Source of the DNA: Octopus sinensis
Taxonomy: Eukaryota
DNA length: 64,000 nt
Direction of reading: 5' to 3'
Assembly (NCBI RefSeq): GCF_006345805.1
Contig: NC_042997.1
Location: 142,786,001-142,850,000 of the forward strand
A model generated the notes under the pieces. That model was not told the DNA's origin and made no database searches. It saw nothing but the letters and a program-made list of their open reading frames with translations. Positions within the stretch are counted from its first letter, which is position 1. Each line of letters starts with the position of its first letter. The translations under genes were made by a program, and so were the position numbers. Shown piece after piece: positions 38,401 to 51,994 of the stretch.

Positions 38401-40182
38401 AAACACACACACACACACACACACACACATGAAACGTTTAATGAAGGCTGAACATTGTCTTATTCCAGTAATATGTAATACCCTGTTTAATGCTACATTA
38501 TTTAATACTAATTAGCCAAAGCATGCTTAATTCAATAAGACAATAATACATTATGATAATAAGTAGCAAAACTTGTAAAAATTTCACGTTATATAAATTT
38601 TCTTACTCTTAGTAAGATGCATAAATTTATGTATCTTCATAACATTCTTTCATTTGGAAGAATCGTTACCACGTCAAACAAAATGCTTTGCAACATTTCT
38701 GCCAGCTTTACATTCTGAGTTCAAATGTCACTGAGGTTGACTTTGCCTTTTGTCCTTTCAGGCTCTATAAAACAAATACCAGTTGAGCACTTGAGTTGAT
38801 ATGATTAACTAGCTCTTTCTCTTCAAAATTTCAGGCCTTGTGCTTCTAGTAGAAAGAATTATGTTAATTATTTTTATGATACTTAGCTGGATAACAGATT
38901 AAGGTTAAGGGGATAAAAAAAATCAACTTGTTCATTCAGATGTTGCACTGTAGGAGCACAGAATCATTTCTGATGCCTTCTTTGAATATTTCTCATAATA
39001 TTACACAACTGTTATACATTCATGTTTTCTTATCATATTCGGTTCCCCTCTCTGTATTCTCCTCACTGTTCTTTGTTCATATTATTTTATCACACTTCTT
39101 TATATATACAATCAGCTCATTGTTTCCATCCATGTTCTTTCTGGGTTTCTCTTGGCCTTCTCTTTGACACCTTGACCCATATATATCTCTTTGACATCTT
39201 AACCCTGGTTGTGTTTTCGCAATGCAAAACCTGCTCCTGCTTGTTTGGACATGATCTCACTGGGAAGCAACTGACTGAGCATATGAAATATTCAATAGGT
39301 AGACTCCTGTAGCTAACAGTTGAATATTGTCCTTTTCTTCCAGATTGTGAAAGCTTACCATAATGTTTAATCTAAATACAGTGAAATTTTAAGACCTCAT
39401 TGTTTTATGGGCATATTTGTGTTAAGGTATCTTACACAATGGTATTCATTCATGCAAACTCTTCTTATTTGTTGGTTTTGTCTTAAACTTTCTCTTGTTT
39501 CATATCTTTGTTCTCTTTTCCTTTAGCTGTATCATCTCATTAAAACAACACCGTAGGCCCAAGATACAGTATATATATCTGTTTATGGTTGAGCTGACCA
39601 TCCTGAAAAGGTATCCTCTAGGACAAGCATCAAACAGATATTATTAACTTGAGCATGATCCATATGTATATTAATCCAAGGACCTCACTCCTTGGGTCAC
39701 AAATGAAGCCTGTTTTTTCGAAAATTCTTCATCTCTGCATATTTAGCACATTTATGGATGTAGTCTTTGACATCAATGAATAACCAAGGCTATCATGCTT
39801 CAAGCTTAAGGCAGTTGCATGTAGCAGCCAATTGAAAAGCATGCACCAATAATAACATACCAATGACATCTTTACAACATATATTCATAGTAACAGTTTC
39901 TTACCTTGATATTATACTAATACTTTTACAAGGAGTTTATATTATTTCCTGATGTTAACATTATGTTTACCATCTCATTAATACTTTCTCTACCCGACAC
40001 TCTCTTCTAAGTCCCTGAAATCAGTTTAAAACATTTTCAACTTTACTCTAGATATTCCAGTCACCTTATGGGTGTTGCTCATCACAAGTCAGGATGCCCC
40101 TCTGAAATGATAATTTAAAACAACCTCACATATACACAGCAAACACTCTACCTATCTATCTATCTCTCTACCTATCTATCTA

Positions 40183-40236
<54 letters not shown>

Positions 40237-42319
40237 TCAAAGTAAATTATAACATTTGATTGAAAAAAAGCATGAGTGAGTGAGAAAAAAAAAGAAATGC
40301 AATTGTTTAAGTAACAGAGTTAGAGCTAAAGATTTTGGGCCAAAATTTTAGTAGAAAGTTATGTTTATATATATATATTCATGGCATTATGCATGCCATA
40401 CAAAAGTCATATAGGGATGCAAATTGCCCATTTCTGATTATTTCTACCATGTTTTCACATAACTACACAATTTTTATGAATGTTCTTGCATAATAAGCAT
40501 GAATTTCTGTTTTCTAATTTATTTGACTTTCTTTATACAAGTTTACTTTCTTTCTCAAATTCAATTCACAGCATAGTGCACTTACTCTTGATTTCAATTG
40601 TCCATCTTTCAGCCGTAAAATCATTGCTGTTTTCTTTTTTTTTTAAATTGGATTAATACACTAATAAATCTAACTAGTGGTAATTGTGGAAATTCCACAG
40701 TTGCTTTGAAAACTATAAGATTGTTGGATGTTTATAGACATCCATGAATCCTGTCATTTCTTATGTATTTTGCCTGAAGCGTTGGATTTTTGAGATGATG
40801 TAAATCCACATGTAGTACTGAAGGTCCTGACCATGGAAAGAGCATCTTTGAAAACTATACTCTTTGTTATACATTTCTCATCTGTTCTGTTTAGAGAGTT
40901 ACCTTATTATCTTTACATCAGGAAGTGAATGTTCTCTTCAAAGAGCAACACACAGCTGTCCATGAGGAAATACTGGTTCATTTCTTTTCACCTTTCCTTT
41001 GTGATATTGGTATTAAAAATATTGAAAATGTATTGAAAGAATGATATATATATAGCAAATGCTTTTTGAAGGTTTAATCTATATATAGTATTATTCTGTA
41101 ATGGTCCAACTACATTGATGGTTTCAATAAGTCTTAATATGTGGAACTATTTTCATATCAAAGAAGGTGGTGAGCTGGTAGAATCGTTAGCACGCCGGGT
41201 GAAATGCTTAGCGGTATTTTGTCTGCCGTTATGTTCTGAGTTCAAATTCTGCCGAGGTCGACTTTGCCTTTCATCCTTTCGGGGTCGATAAATTAAGTAC
41301 CAGTTACACACCGGGGTCGATGTAATCGACTTGATCTGTTTGTCTGTCCTTGTTTGTCCCTTCTGTGTTTAGCTCCTTGTGGGTAGTAAAGAAATAGGTA
41401 TTTTGTCTGTCTTTATGTTCTGAGTTCAAATTCCACCGAGGTCAACTTTGCCTTTCATCCTTTCAGGGTTGATAAATTAAGTGCCAGTTGTGTACTGGGG
41501 TTGATCTAATTGACTGGCCTCCCTCCCCCAAAATTTCAGGTCTTGTGCCTAAAGTAGAAAAAACTATTTTCATATCAAAGACAATTGAACATGGGGGAGC
41601 TTTGACCTACAGTACCAATTAACAAAGTATACTAGCTGCCCCACTAAACACTGGATTCTTTAAAAAGAATGAAAATACGAAGGGTGCAGTTATGATGGCA
41701 GTCAAATGTGATATATTTTATTTTTCTGTTAGCTGTGGACTGAGTCAGGGAAAGATACAAAATTTGTTGAAAAAATCCACTTTTAGCAGAACTTAAATAG
41801 ACAATTCTTTGCTAATGATCTTGCATAATTGTCATCTTTAGTGGATAGACAGCGGGACTCACTGGAATAAATTTAGAGAATTACAAGCTTGCCAGGAACC
41901 ATTAGAAATTACCTTATTTGATGGCACAGATAAACGTTTTTTGGGGGGTTTTTTTCAAAAAAAAAAATGTGTCAGAAAATCACCCTGAGTCCTTAATGCA
42001 AAATTTGGCCTCTCATAATCTAATTTTGTCCCTGACACTCGCTACTATTGGCTAATTTTAATCCATAACTTAATTCCTTAATTATGATATTTATTATTGT
42101 TGTTGTTTTACTACTCAGAGCACTCAGTTTTGTTTGCTCTGGTTGATTCTATGAGAGCAGACAGCAGCCTGTTGTCAGATGTCTCACAGAGTCTCTTTCT
42201 GCACATTATAAGATTTGATATTTGGTTGTTAATTATATTGGAAGACATTCAACATCGTCGTCGTCATCATCATCATCATCTTTATCATTATTATTATTAT
42301 TTCATATACACACAATGAA

Positions 42320-42512
42320 TTAGACTGTTGGAGAAGGAAATTCCTAACTTTGGGCTACAACAAGCAGCCTTAGATGCCAAGAACCTTACTAAATATCTTA
42401 GCTGTCCCTAGTAATGCTGTTTTCTGGAGCTGCACTAAACTAGGTTTTATGCGCTAAAAACATTTTTCATGAATATGTGCTGCTGACCCTGGGGTGCATC
42501 TAATATGCCCAT
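42320..42512 (-). mobile_element. R4/Dong-like LINE 3' fragment
   Basis: PSLVQLQKTALLGTAKIFSKVLGI*, next to an (ATT)/(CAT) tract. Confidence 0.65.
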
Positions 42513-45013
42513 ATGTTTTTTATACTATTAAATGTAGTTTTGGGTTGATGAAGAAGTGAGATGTCAAGGAAGCTCATTTCTCTTGAGATTGGTGTGGATA
42601 GAGTCAAGGTGGCTAGCAGTGACATCAGTGGCAGGCTACAAAAATAAAAAGTGCTTTCAAGTGACTATAGAGGAAGTAATCAGGAAGGGTAATTAATTAC
42701 TAAGAAAATGAAACTATTTATTTGAGAAGGGTGAATGAAAATGTATTTATTAAGAAGGGTGAATCCTCAGAGATCAAAAGAACAAGGAGTGGGTAAAAAT
42801 AAAATGTTAAAATAGCAGAGCGCTAGGCTTGAAGAGATGGGAAGAGGCCTGAAATTTAGATCATCGTAAATTATCTGTTATATTGCTATAACTCTCCTCT
42901 GAGTAAGTTAAACCTGTCATTAAGTAATATCAATTAGTGTTTACAGCACCAATTGCCATAACAGGGTGCATACCTTCAAAAGTTACTACAATAAGTATTA
43001 ACCTGGGTTGGTAGGTTGGCAGAACTGCTAAAGGAGCCAGGTAAGATGTTTTGTGATATCTATTCCCGCTCTTTATGTTCTGACAGCAATGTTTGCAGGG
43101 ACACTGGTACTGAGATGTATTAGTCTGAACCCAAACCAAGGGCCATTTCCTAGGATAAATATCAGCTGTATGATAAGGGGACACTTGTATATATATATAT
43201 ATGTACAACTGTCGGTCTTCTTCAAAATGTCTTGCATAAGCCTGCACATATATGTGCAAATATACAGTCAACTTTCACTGACAGAGGTCCCTAACATAAT
43301 ACACTAAGTACCAGAAATATATAGAGGTCAGCAATTTTAAAAGACTCCTCCAGTTTAATTATAAATTTACTTTGTACTTAAGACCAAAAAATTAGGCTCA
43401 CCTTTTGTCTTTTAAATTAGTCTTAAGAATCACTTTTGGTGTACTCACTATGTCATATCACTTCTAGACTCCAATTTTCTCACAATATTATGCTATATGA
43501 GAATTCATTGCAAGGGTGCCAAATTATAGTATTGTTACAGTTGTGATCGAATGTACGTATAGTGTCAATATAGTCTGTAACAGATGAGTTACAAGCATAT
43601 CAAACTGCAAGTTCTTAAACCAAATAGTCATACAAAGTGAACCCCTAATATTATTGGTATGAGACATTTCGACACGGCCATTTTGACACCACCTATTTGG
43701 TAGTGCTGTTTCGACAATTGACTTATTTGACCTCAGACATTTCAATGTTTCTCTTGTCCCCTCTCTTTCTCTCTCTCCCCTCCCTCTCTCTCTCTCCCTC
43801 CTTCTCTCTCTCTCTAGCTACCCACTTACCTACCTGTCTATCAAACAAGTACCAGAACATACTATCATACTGGTTGAATGTCCAGTCAGCCATGTCAAAT
43901 CATCAGCATCCACATAGCTGCACCCCTAATATTGTTGCTGTAATCATACCGGTTCATATTTTCAATTCATTAATTACTAGAGTTTCTGTATTACTATGAA
44001 AGGTTTCTCTATAGTTTTTTTTTTTTTTTCTTAAATTGAAAAAACAAATTATTTCGGCACATATTCCAGTTTCTATAGTACATTCTGATACAAGTGTTAT
44101 GTAAATAAAACTTTGAAGAAAGCATTAGTGAAACTATAGTAGAATATATGTAATAATTACCAAATATTTTGTAACTCTTTCTCACTCTACTCTGGCTTGC
44201 ATCACAGCTGAGATATTTTCATTTGTAAAATGGCATTTTGTTTTTTTGTTTTTCCTTCAAAAATGAAAAAATAGCATGTTACTACAAAAAGACAGTCACA
44301 TAAATTAGTCATAGAGTAATGAAGGCATTCAAAGAACTCAGCATGAATCACATATTCTATTCTACAAATAGCTGTTGGCATTAGGGACAATGATCATTAT
44401 TTAATATCCTCTTTTCCAAGCTTGCATGGATCAGATGGAATTTGTTGAGGTTGATTTTCTATGGTCAGATGCCTTTCCTGTTGCCAACCCTCACCTATCT
44501 CCAGGCAAGGTAATATTTCCCCATGGCCTTACATGTTTTTGAGGAAGATTGGAAATAAGCAACATTGTTTTTACAGCCATACTGTCAAGACAAAGGTACA
44601 CTCAAACATGCCCCCCCCCCCACATACAAACACACAGTGAGCTTCTTTCAGTTTCCATCTACCATAATCCACTCCCATGGTTTAGGTCGGCTTAGGGCTG
44701 TAATAGAAGACACGTGACCAAAGTGCCATGCAGAGGGACCGAACCTGCAACCACTTGATTTGAGAGCAAGCTTCTTAACCACAATGCCATGCCTACACTT
44801 CACAGCCAAGCCTAATAACAGACAAAATCCGGTATATAGATATAAACTATGAACCAAATCTACTAAAACTACTATAATACAAATTCAATTAGTCAATAGA
44901 TGAACAATTAATCAACCTTGTTATATATTTCTTAAATTACTTCAAATACTTAACAAAAACTCAATATGTTTTTATCTACTTGGTGTCTGACTACGGAATG
45001 CTTTCTATTTCAG

Positions 45014-45220
45014 CGCTATTAGAAACCAAGGGAAAAGTTATATTGGATCCACTTTTGAGGACTGGTCGTCCGTTCGGAGGGCTCATAAATGACATAAAGC
45101 GCCGTTATCCATATTACCGAAGTGATATAACAGATTCATTGAATTTACAATGTCTAGCCGCCTTTGTTTTTATATTCTTTGCATGTTTGTCACCATGTAT
45201 TGCCTTTGGGGGGTTGTTAG
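45014..45220 (+). CDS. SLC4A2: SLC4 AE-like exon, TM1 ([22 protein letters not shown]...[11 protein letters not shown])
   Basis: Hallmark RTGRxFGGL and FGGLL. TTTCAG acceptor, G|GTAAGT donor, phase 1-1. Confidence 0.97.
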
Positions 45221-45496
45221 GTAAGTCTCACTTCTTTATATCTTTTTACGTCCTTCAATTTGTCAACATATGTCATAAACAATAATTAGTTTTTGGACAA
45301 ACAATTCACTATTGTTAAATGTTTCTGGTTCTTTGGTATACTCTATTTTTTTTATACAGAACTTTTATTACAAAAACTAACTGACACCATTATTTTTGTT
45401 ATTATTATGCTTGGCTATGTGTGTGCTCATATGTTTATAAGTCTAAATAATAATAATAATAATAATTATTATTATTATTATTATTATTACTACTAC

Positions 45497-45557
<61 letters not shown>

Positions 45558-45581
45558 AATAATATTTATTATTATTATTAT

Positions 45582-45957
45582 TCTATGTTTGACTTTTGCT
45601 TTACATTTGTACAAGTTGGCTCCAAGTCTCACCCAGAGACCTCAAGAGACAACAAGTTGGAAGTTCATGTTGGTGTTATGCCTAGGGTGCCATATATTTG
45701 GTTTTGTACTTAGTGTTGTACTAGTGAATGTTTAAGAAACCATAAGAAAATTATGTTTGTTTTAAAACTTGAGATTACATAGAAAGTATTTTGTGTAGGA
45801 TATGAGCAGTTCCCATGGGCACTATCTTTTGAATTTCTGCCATTTTGGGGTTTCCTGGTATCTGAGCTAGGTAGCAATCAGCCCCTTTTGCTATCATTCC
45901 CAGGGCACCTATGACAACAGGTATTGTTTTAGTCTTCAGGTTCCACATTTTGCTAAT
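45582..45957 (-). mobile_element. R4/Dong-like LINE 3' end inserted in (TAA)n
   Basis: KMWNLKTKTIPVVIGALGMI...IQKIVPMGTAHILHKILSM* (stop at 45775-45777). TAA repeats on both sides. Confidence 0.8.
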
Positions 45958-46188
45958 ATTATTATTATTATTATTATTATTATTAAGGCAGAGTCATTAG
46001 CACACTGAACAAAATGCTTAGCAGCATGTCATCCTGCGCTATATTGTGAGTTCAAATTCCACCAAGGTCGACTTTGCCTTTTGGGGTTGATGAAATAAAT
46101 ACCAGTCAAGTATTGCGGGGAGGGGGGTCAATGTAATCAACTAGACTCCTCCCAACAAATTCCAGGCCTTTTACCTATAGTAGAAAGG

Positions 46189-46226
<38 letters not shown>

Positions 46227-46689
46227 CATCACCATTATTATTCATTTACTTGTTTCAGTCATTTGACTGCAGTCATGCTAGAACACCACCTTTAGTCAAG
46301 CAAATTGATCCCAGGTCTTATTCTTTGTGAGCCTAGTACTTATTCTATCAGTCTCTTTTGCCAAACCGCTAAGTTACAGAGACGTAAACACACCAGCATC
46401 GATTGTCAAGCGATGTTATGTTGGGGGGACAAACAAAGACACACAAATAGATACATATATATATACGATAGGCTTCTTTCAGTTACCAAATCCACTCACA
46501 AGGCTTTGGTCAGTCCGAGGCTATAGTAGAGATGCACATATCATCATCCACTAAGGGACATGGCTCAGCTGCTTACAGTCAAACAACTGACAAGCAAATT
46601 TGTGGTATTGAGCAGAATATTTGCTGTAGCCCATCTTTTATACCAAGACAAAACAATGTACACATAATACTTCCAGTCAGTTTTTATTA

Positions 46690-46720
<31 letters not shown>

Positions 46721-47294
46721 CATCAACAACAACAACCCAGACGTTTTCATAGCAGGCATCTTGATAGACATTTACTTATACTAATTTATTATTATTTTTA
46801 ACATTTACTATTGAAATTAACTCAAAAAAATTATATTTATGTGCATAATTATTTCCTGTTAGCTTTTTAATATTTCCTTCATTAAATATGTTTTTGGCAC
46901 TAAATGTATCAGCTGTTTTGCATGCAAATGGTGTCTTTGAATTATGCCATTTCTAATCAAATTATGTTTATACAACAAATGTGTATGTATCTACTAATTC
47001 TTTCATAACTACTCTGGTAAGTACAAAAAAGGCTTTGCTGATGAAGTCTGAATAAACCTGATCTACTCTTGGAGTTGTTTCCTGTACTTGTCAGAAAAAG
47101 AAAAATAACATTAATTGTTGACTAATATTTTTTTCTTACCATTATTATTTATAGCTCAATTTTTAATGCTTATTGCATAAATTCTTTAACCACTTATGAA
47201 ATTATATTTACATTTCATTACATCTATTTGCCACCATTGTCTTTTATTCTCCATAAAATAACCTGTAAATTAGTAAATATGTAATAAAAATACG

Positions 47295-47477
47295 TACCAT
47301 ATTTTAATGTGTATAAGGAACCCTTTTTTGTCAAAAATTAGGTTAAAAAAATATGGGAGTTTCTTATACAAGGATAGTATTATAATCCCTTACAAAACCT
47401 TTTTTCCAAATTTTAAGCCCCCAAAATTAAGGGGTTCCTTATACATGAGGGTTCTTTATATATGTTAAAATACAGTA
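47295..47477. mobile_element. Tc1/mariner-superfamily-like MITE
   Basis: TACCATATTTTAATGTGTATAAG ... CTTTATATATGTTAAAATACAGTA. A related, interrupted copy lies at about 58568-59012. Confidence 0.6.
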
Positions 47478-47998
47478 ATTTACAAGAAGTAATAATGCAG
47501 CTCACATTTTCACATTTACATGCTTGTTTCCTTTACACTTCAAAGGAAGAGGATCAACTGTCCATCCTGAACCATAGGTGACTCATAAGACCAGTTTCCT
47601 GGGTTCTATGGTGCATGTATTTTCCCCTGGGTGGAATGCTGGTCTGTTGCAGGATACTTATTTTTGCTAGCTGAGTGAAATGAAATGTTCTGCTCAAAAT
47701 CACATTGCATCACCCTGACTACTAAACCACACACCTCCACCCTTTGCACTTAAATACCTGATATTCAGAAATCTCAGTACAAATTCAAATAAAAATTCTG
47801 CTTTTCTACATCTAAATGTAGATGTATATGTGAAAACATGAGCTGCATCTCTATATACTCATTGCACATCACACATCTTCATTCAGTCACACACACACAC
47901 ACACACACATACACACACACATAATTGATAAAATTATTTTAGATATCAAACATATTTATCTTAATTGAAATCATTCATTCTTTATTAGAGATCTTAAG

Positions 47999-48031
<33 letters not shown>

Positions 48032-48083
48032 ATATTATATGTGTATATATATATGTATATATATATGTATGTATATATATATG

Positions 48084-48116
<33 letters not shown>

Positions 48117-48177
48117 GTATATATATATGTATGTATATATATATATGTATGTATATATATATGTATATATATATATT

Positions 48178-48260
<83 letters not shown>

Positions 48261-48880
48261 CCAGGATCCCTGGTCTGGTGGTACGTAAAAAGCACTATCC
48301 GACTCGTGGCCGATGCCAGCACCGCCTCGACTGGCTTCCGTGCCGGTGGCACATAAAATACACCAATCCGACCGTGGCCGTTGCCAGCCTCGCCTGGCAC
48401 CTGTGCAGGTGGCACGTAAAAAACACCCACTACACTCACGGAGTGGTTGGCATTAGGAAGGGCATCCAGCTGTAGAAACATTGCCAGATTAGACTGGAGC
48501 CTGGTGCAGCCTTCTGGCTTCCCAGAACCCCGGTCGAACCGTCCAACCCATGCTAGCATGGAGAACGGACGTTAAACGATGATGATGATGATGATATATA
48601 TATATACTTCTAAATTGCTACAATAATTGCAATAATTAATTAGTTTGATATCCTGATGAATATACACCAAAAGATGTCAAAAAGGCATTCACTTCGATTC
48701 TATCAATGATGTGTCTTTTGTTTCCTCTTCATTGATTCAAATATCCTGAGTTCAATATTAGATATTGTATTGAATATACACTTAGAGATATAAGATATTT
48801 GAAATTCTAATTTCTATTAATTATGTTTCATTATTGCATATGATTTACAAGTTTCTTGATATGAACTTGTGTATTGAAAC

Positions 48881-49168
48881 ATATTTTGTTGTATTTTTGG
48901 TGGTTCATTATGCCAATAATAAACACATGCACTGGTTTTGTTTCACTTCTTTATTTTTATCTATCAATTTGTTCAACCTTTAACTAATTAACTAATTGAT
49001 TGTCTGATAGCTGATTGATTGAGTGATTGACTGAACAATTAATCAAACAATCAATTAGTTAATGTTTAAATGGTTAATCAATTAGTTAATAAAAATAAAG
49101 AAGTGAAATAGAAACTGTGTATGTGTTTATTACTGGCATAATGACCCTCCCAAGATACTATAAAATAT
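48881..49168. repeat. ~290-bp imperfect foldback
   Basis: TCATTATGCCAATAATAAACACATGCAC..TTTCACTTCTTTATTTTTAT mirrored at 49088-49144. A single arm recurs at 61490-61545. Confidence 0.8.
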
Positions 49169-50242
49169 CAGTTGTGTGTTTTTCATTTCTTTACTATTGA
49201 TTCAAATAATAATTTTTGGTAACATTTAAACATGCTATTTGAAAACTTTCTAAATTGTCTTTACTGTTATGTTCTTATTCTCTGCACTTTGCTGTCCTTT
49301 CTTTTATTTTTCTCTTTTTAAAATTAATGAATGCTATTATTACATTTTGTTACTTTTCCTTTGTATACACTTTCTGAATGAAACAGAATTTCGATGTTGA
49401 TTTTTAAATTTTTTGCCTTTGCTGCAGTGACACTTATAACTCATGATATATAAATATATTTTCCAAAACACTTAAAAGCATTCTCTTCACATACATATTT
49501 ACTTACTTAATTAGTTATTTGTAACTATCCAAAGGGTTTTTTAACCTACTATTTGCACGCTTGTTTATAGCTTTACCTACTTCAAGTTTCACTTTTTAAA
49601 ACAAATTATTTCACGTCTCTCAAATTTTCTAAACTCTAATATCATATACAATATTTACATCAAAGTATTTTTAGCAGTATTCATTTTTAAGTTTAATGTG
49701 TTATGCCATGCATTAATATCTAAACAGTGATGCAATATTTATAGTTGATTCAAGGCGGCGAGCTGGTAGAAACGTTAGCATGCTGGGCGAAATGCTCGGC
49801 AGTATTTCGTTTGTTTTTATGTTCTGAGTTTGAATTCCACCAAGGTCAACTTTGCCTTTCATCCTTTCAGGGTCAATAAATTAAGTACCAGTTGCATACT
49901 GGGACTGATCTAATTGACTGGCTCCCTTCCAAAAATTTCAGGCCTTGTGCCTAGAGTAGAAAAGAATATTTACAGTTGATTTAATGATTCCAAATTAACT
50001 CACAAAACAGTAAGCTAAATATCAACATTAGAAACTCAGAAGTTTTGTGTGGCTGTATGGTAAGAAGCTTGCTTCGCAACCACATGGTTCCGGGTTCAGT
50101 ACCACTGCATTGCACCTTGAACAAATGTTTTCTACTATAGCCTCGGGCCGACCAAAGCCTTGTGAGTGGATTTGGTAGGCAGAAACTGAAAGAAGCCCAT
50201 CGTATATATATTATATATATATATATATATATAATATATATA

Positions 50243-50284
<42 letters not shown>

Positions 50285-51845
50285 GTGCGTGTCTGTGCTT
50301 GTCCCCCCATCATTGCTTGACAACTGCTGTCGGTGTGTATACATCCCCATAATTTAGCAGTTCGGCAAATGAGACCAATAGAATAAGTACTAGGCTTACA
50401 AAAATAAGTCCTGGGGTTGATTTGTTTGGCAAAAGTCGGTGCTCCAGCATGGTCACAGTCAAATGACTGAAACAAGTAAATGAATAAATGAATCCAGACA
50501 GCTTTTGAAAGAATTTAGGAGACTAAGATTCTTTTGCTAATAATTTAGCAATAGAATTAAAGATAATTAAGCATAAAACTTGTTTTTAAAAGAAAAAAGC
50601 TGACAGGTCACATTTGTAAGCCAATGTGACCCTTATCACTCATAGTTTTCCATCAGCAGGTTTGTCTCCTTTTTATAACAATTAAGCATATGACCAAGTG
50701 GTTAGGATATTGACCTCATAATAAGGTTGTTGATTCACTTCCTGGATTGAGTGGTTCATTGTGCTCTTGAGCAAGGCACTTCATTTCACATTTCTTCAGT
50801 TTACTCAGTTGAAAAATTAGTACCAGTTTAATGTTGGTGCTTTTTCTCTCACCAGCTGTCACATCCTCAATATTTCACTTGAGTTCAGGATGGGAAGACC
50901 AAGGGAGCATCTGTGTCTGCCCACACAACTACACAAGACCTTAAAACATTAAAGAAAGCATGGTGCTTATTACTAAGTTACTTGTGAATGATGACTATGC
51001 ATGCCTTGCATACTTTCTGTAACAATTAACAAGAACTCTGTTATTCTTGTCCTTTTGATGACATCTTGTACAACTTAATTCATTTCATTAGTAGCACTGT
51101 TTGCTCTTTAAGGCAGCAAGCTGGCAGAAACGTTAGCACGCCGGGCGAAATTCTTAGCAATATTTCGTCTGTCTTTACATTCTGAGTTCGAATTCTGCCA
51201 AAGTCAACTTTGCCTTTCATCTTTTTGGGGTCAATAAATTAAGTACCAGTTACGCACTGGGGTCAATGTAATCAACTTAATCCCTTTGTCTGTCCTTGTT
51301 TGTTCCCTCTATGATTAGCCCCTTGTGGGCAATAAAGAAATAAGTACTGTTTGCTCTGGAACTCTAAATATTCTTATCAAACAACAGAACATGATATCTT
51401 TGGAAATATATATCTATGTAGCTATCTAATTACTTTCCTGACATTTAGAATGCCAATTGGTTAATGAAGTTTCTCTTTTATAAAAAAAAATTGTTGCTTG
51501 TCTGACTTGCTAATCTGTGGATGCTACATATGTTTGAATTTGTATGGCTTTTTCTTCTAATTTTGTTCTGGTTGACATTAATGTCTAACCTTGTCAGGTC
51601 ACTAAAACAAATGCTAGTTACAAATCAAAGCTCCCTTCCTTTTTTCTCAGTACCACAGTCATGAAAACTTGTAAAAGAGACACCTACTATCTCCAGCTGG
51701 TAGCATTTAGCCTCCTGCACTGATATTTCTGTTTAAGGATCATCAGTCTGGATTAATTTCCAAGGTTCTTTTGCTCTGTCATTATTACCTCTAAGGTCTC
51801 ACTCAGAAACGTAAGTCATGTTTGTTAATTTTTTTCCTGTTTCAG

Positions 51846-51994
51846 CGGAAAAAACCAATGGACTTATGGGGGTAACAGAAACTGTACTGAGTACGTCGCT
51901 GTGTGGACTTATATTTGGCCTGTTCAGTGGACAGCCCCTTATGATCCTAGGAGCCACAGGGCCTGTTCTAGTATATGAGCAGTCTTTATACAAG
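51846..51994 (+). CDS. SLC4A2: SLC4 AE-like exon, TM2-3 (EKTNGLMGVTE...FSGQPLMILGATGPVLVYEQSLYK)
   Basis: GQPLxILGxTGP motif. CAG acceptor, AAG|GTAAAC donor, phase 1-0. Confidence 0.97.

Noticed and set aside
47038-47095. CTGATGA hammerhead-like core
   Set aside because: No stem II closing onto GAAA.
48016-48559. YI/CV/HT-rich ORFs here and throughout the window
   Set aside because: Translations of microsatellites and SINEs.
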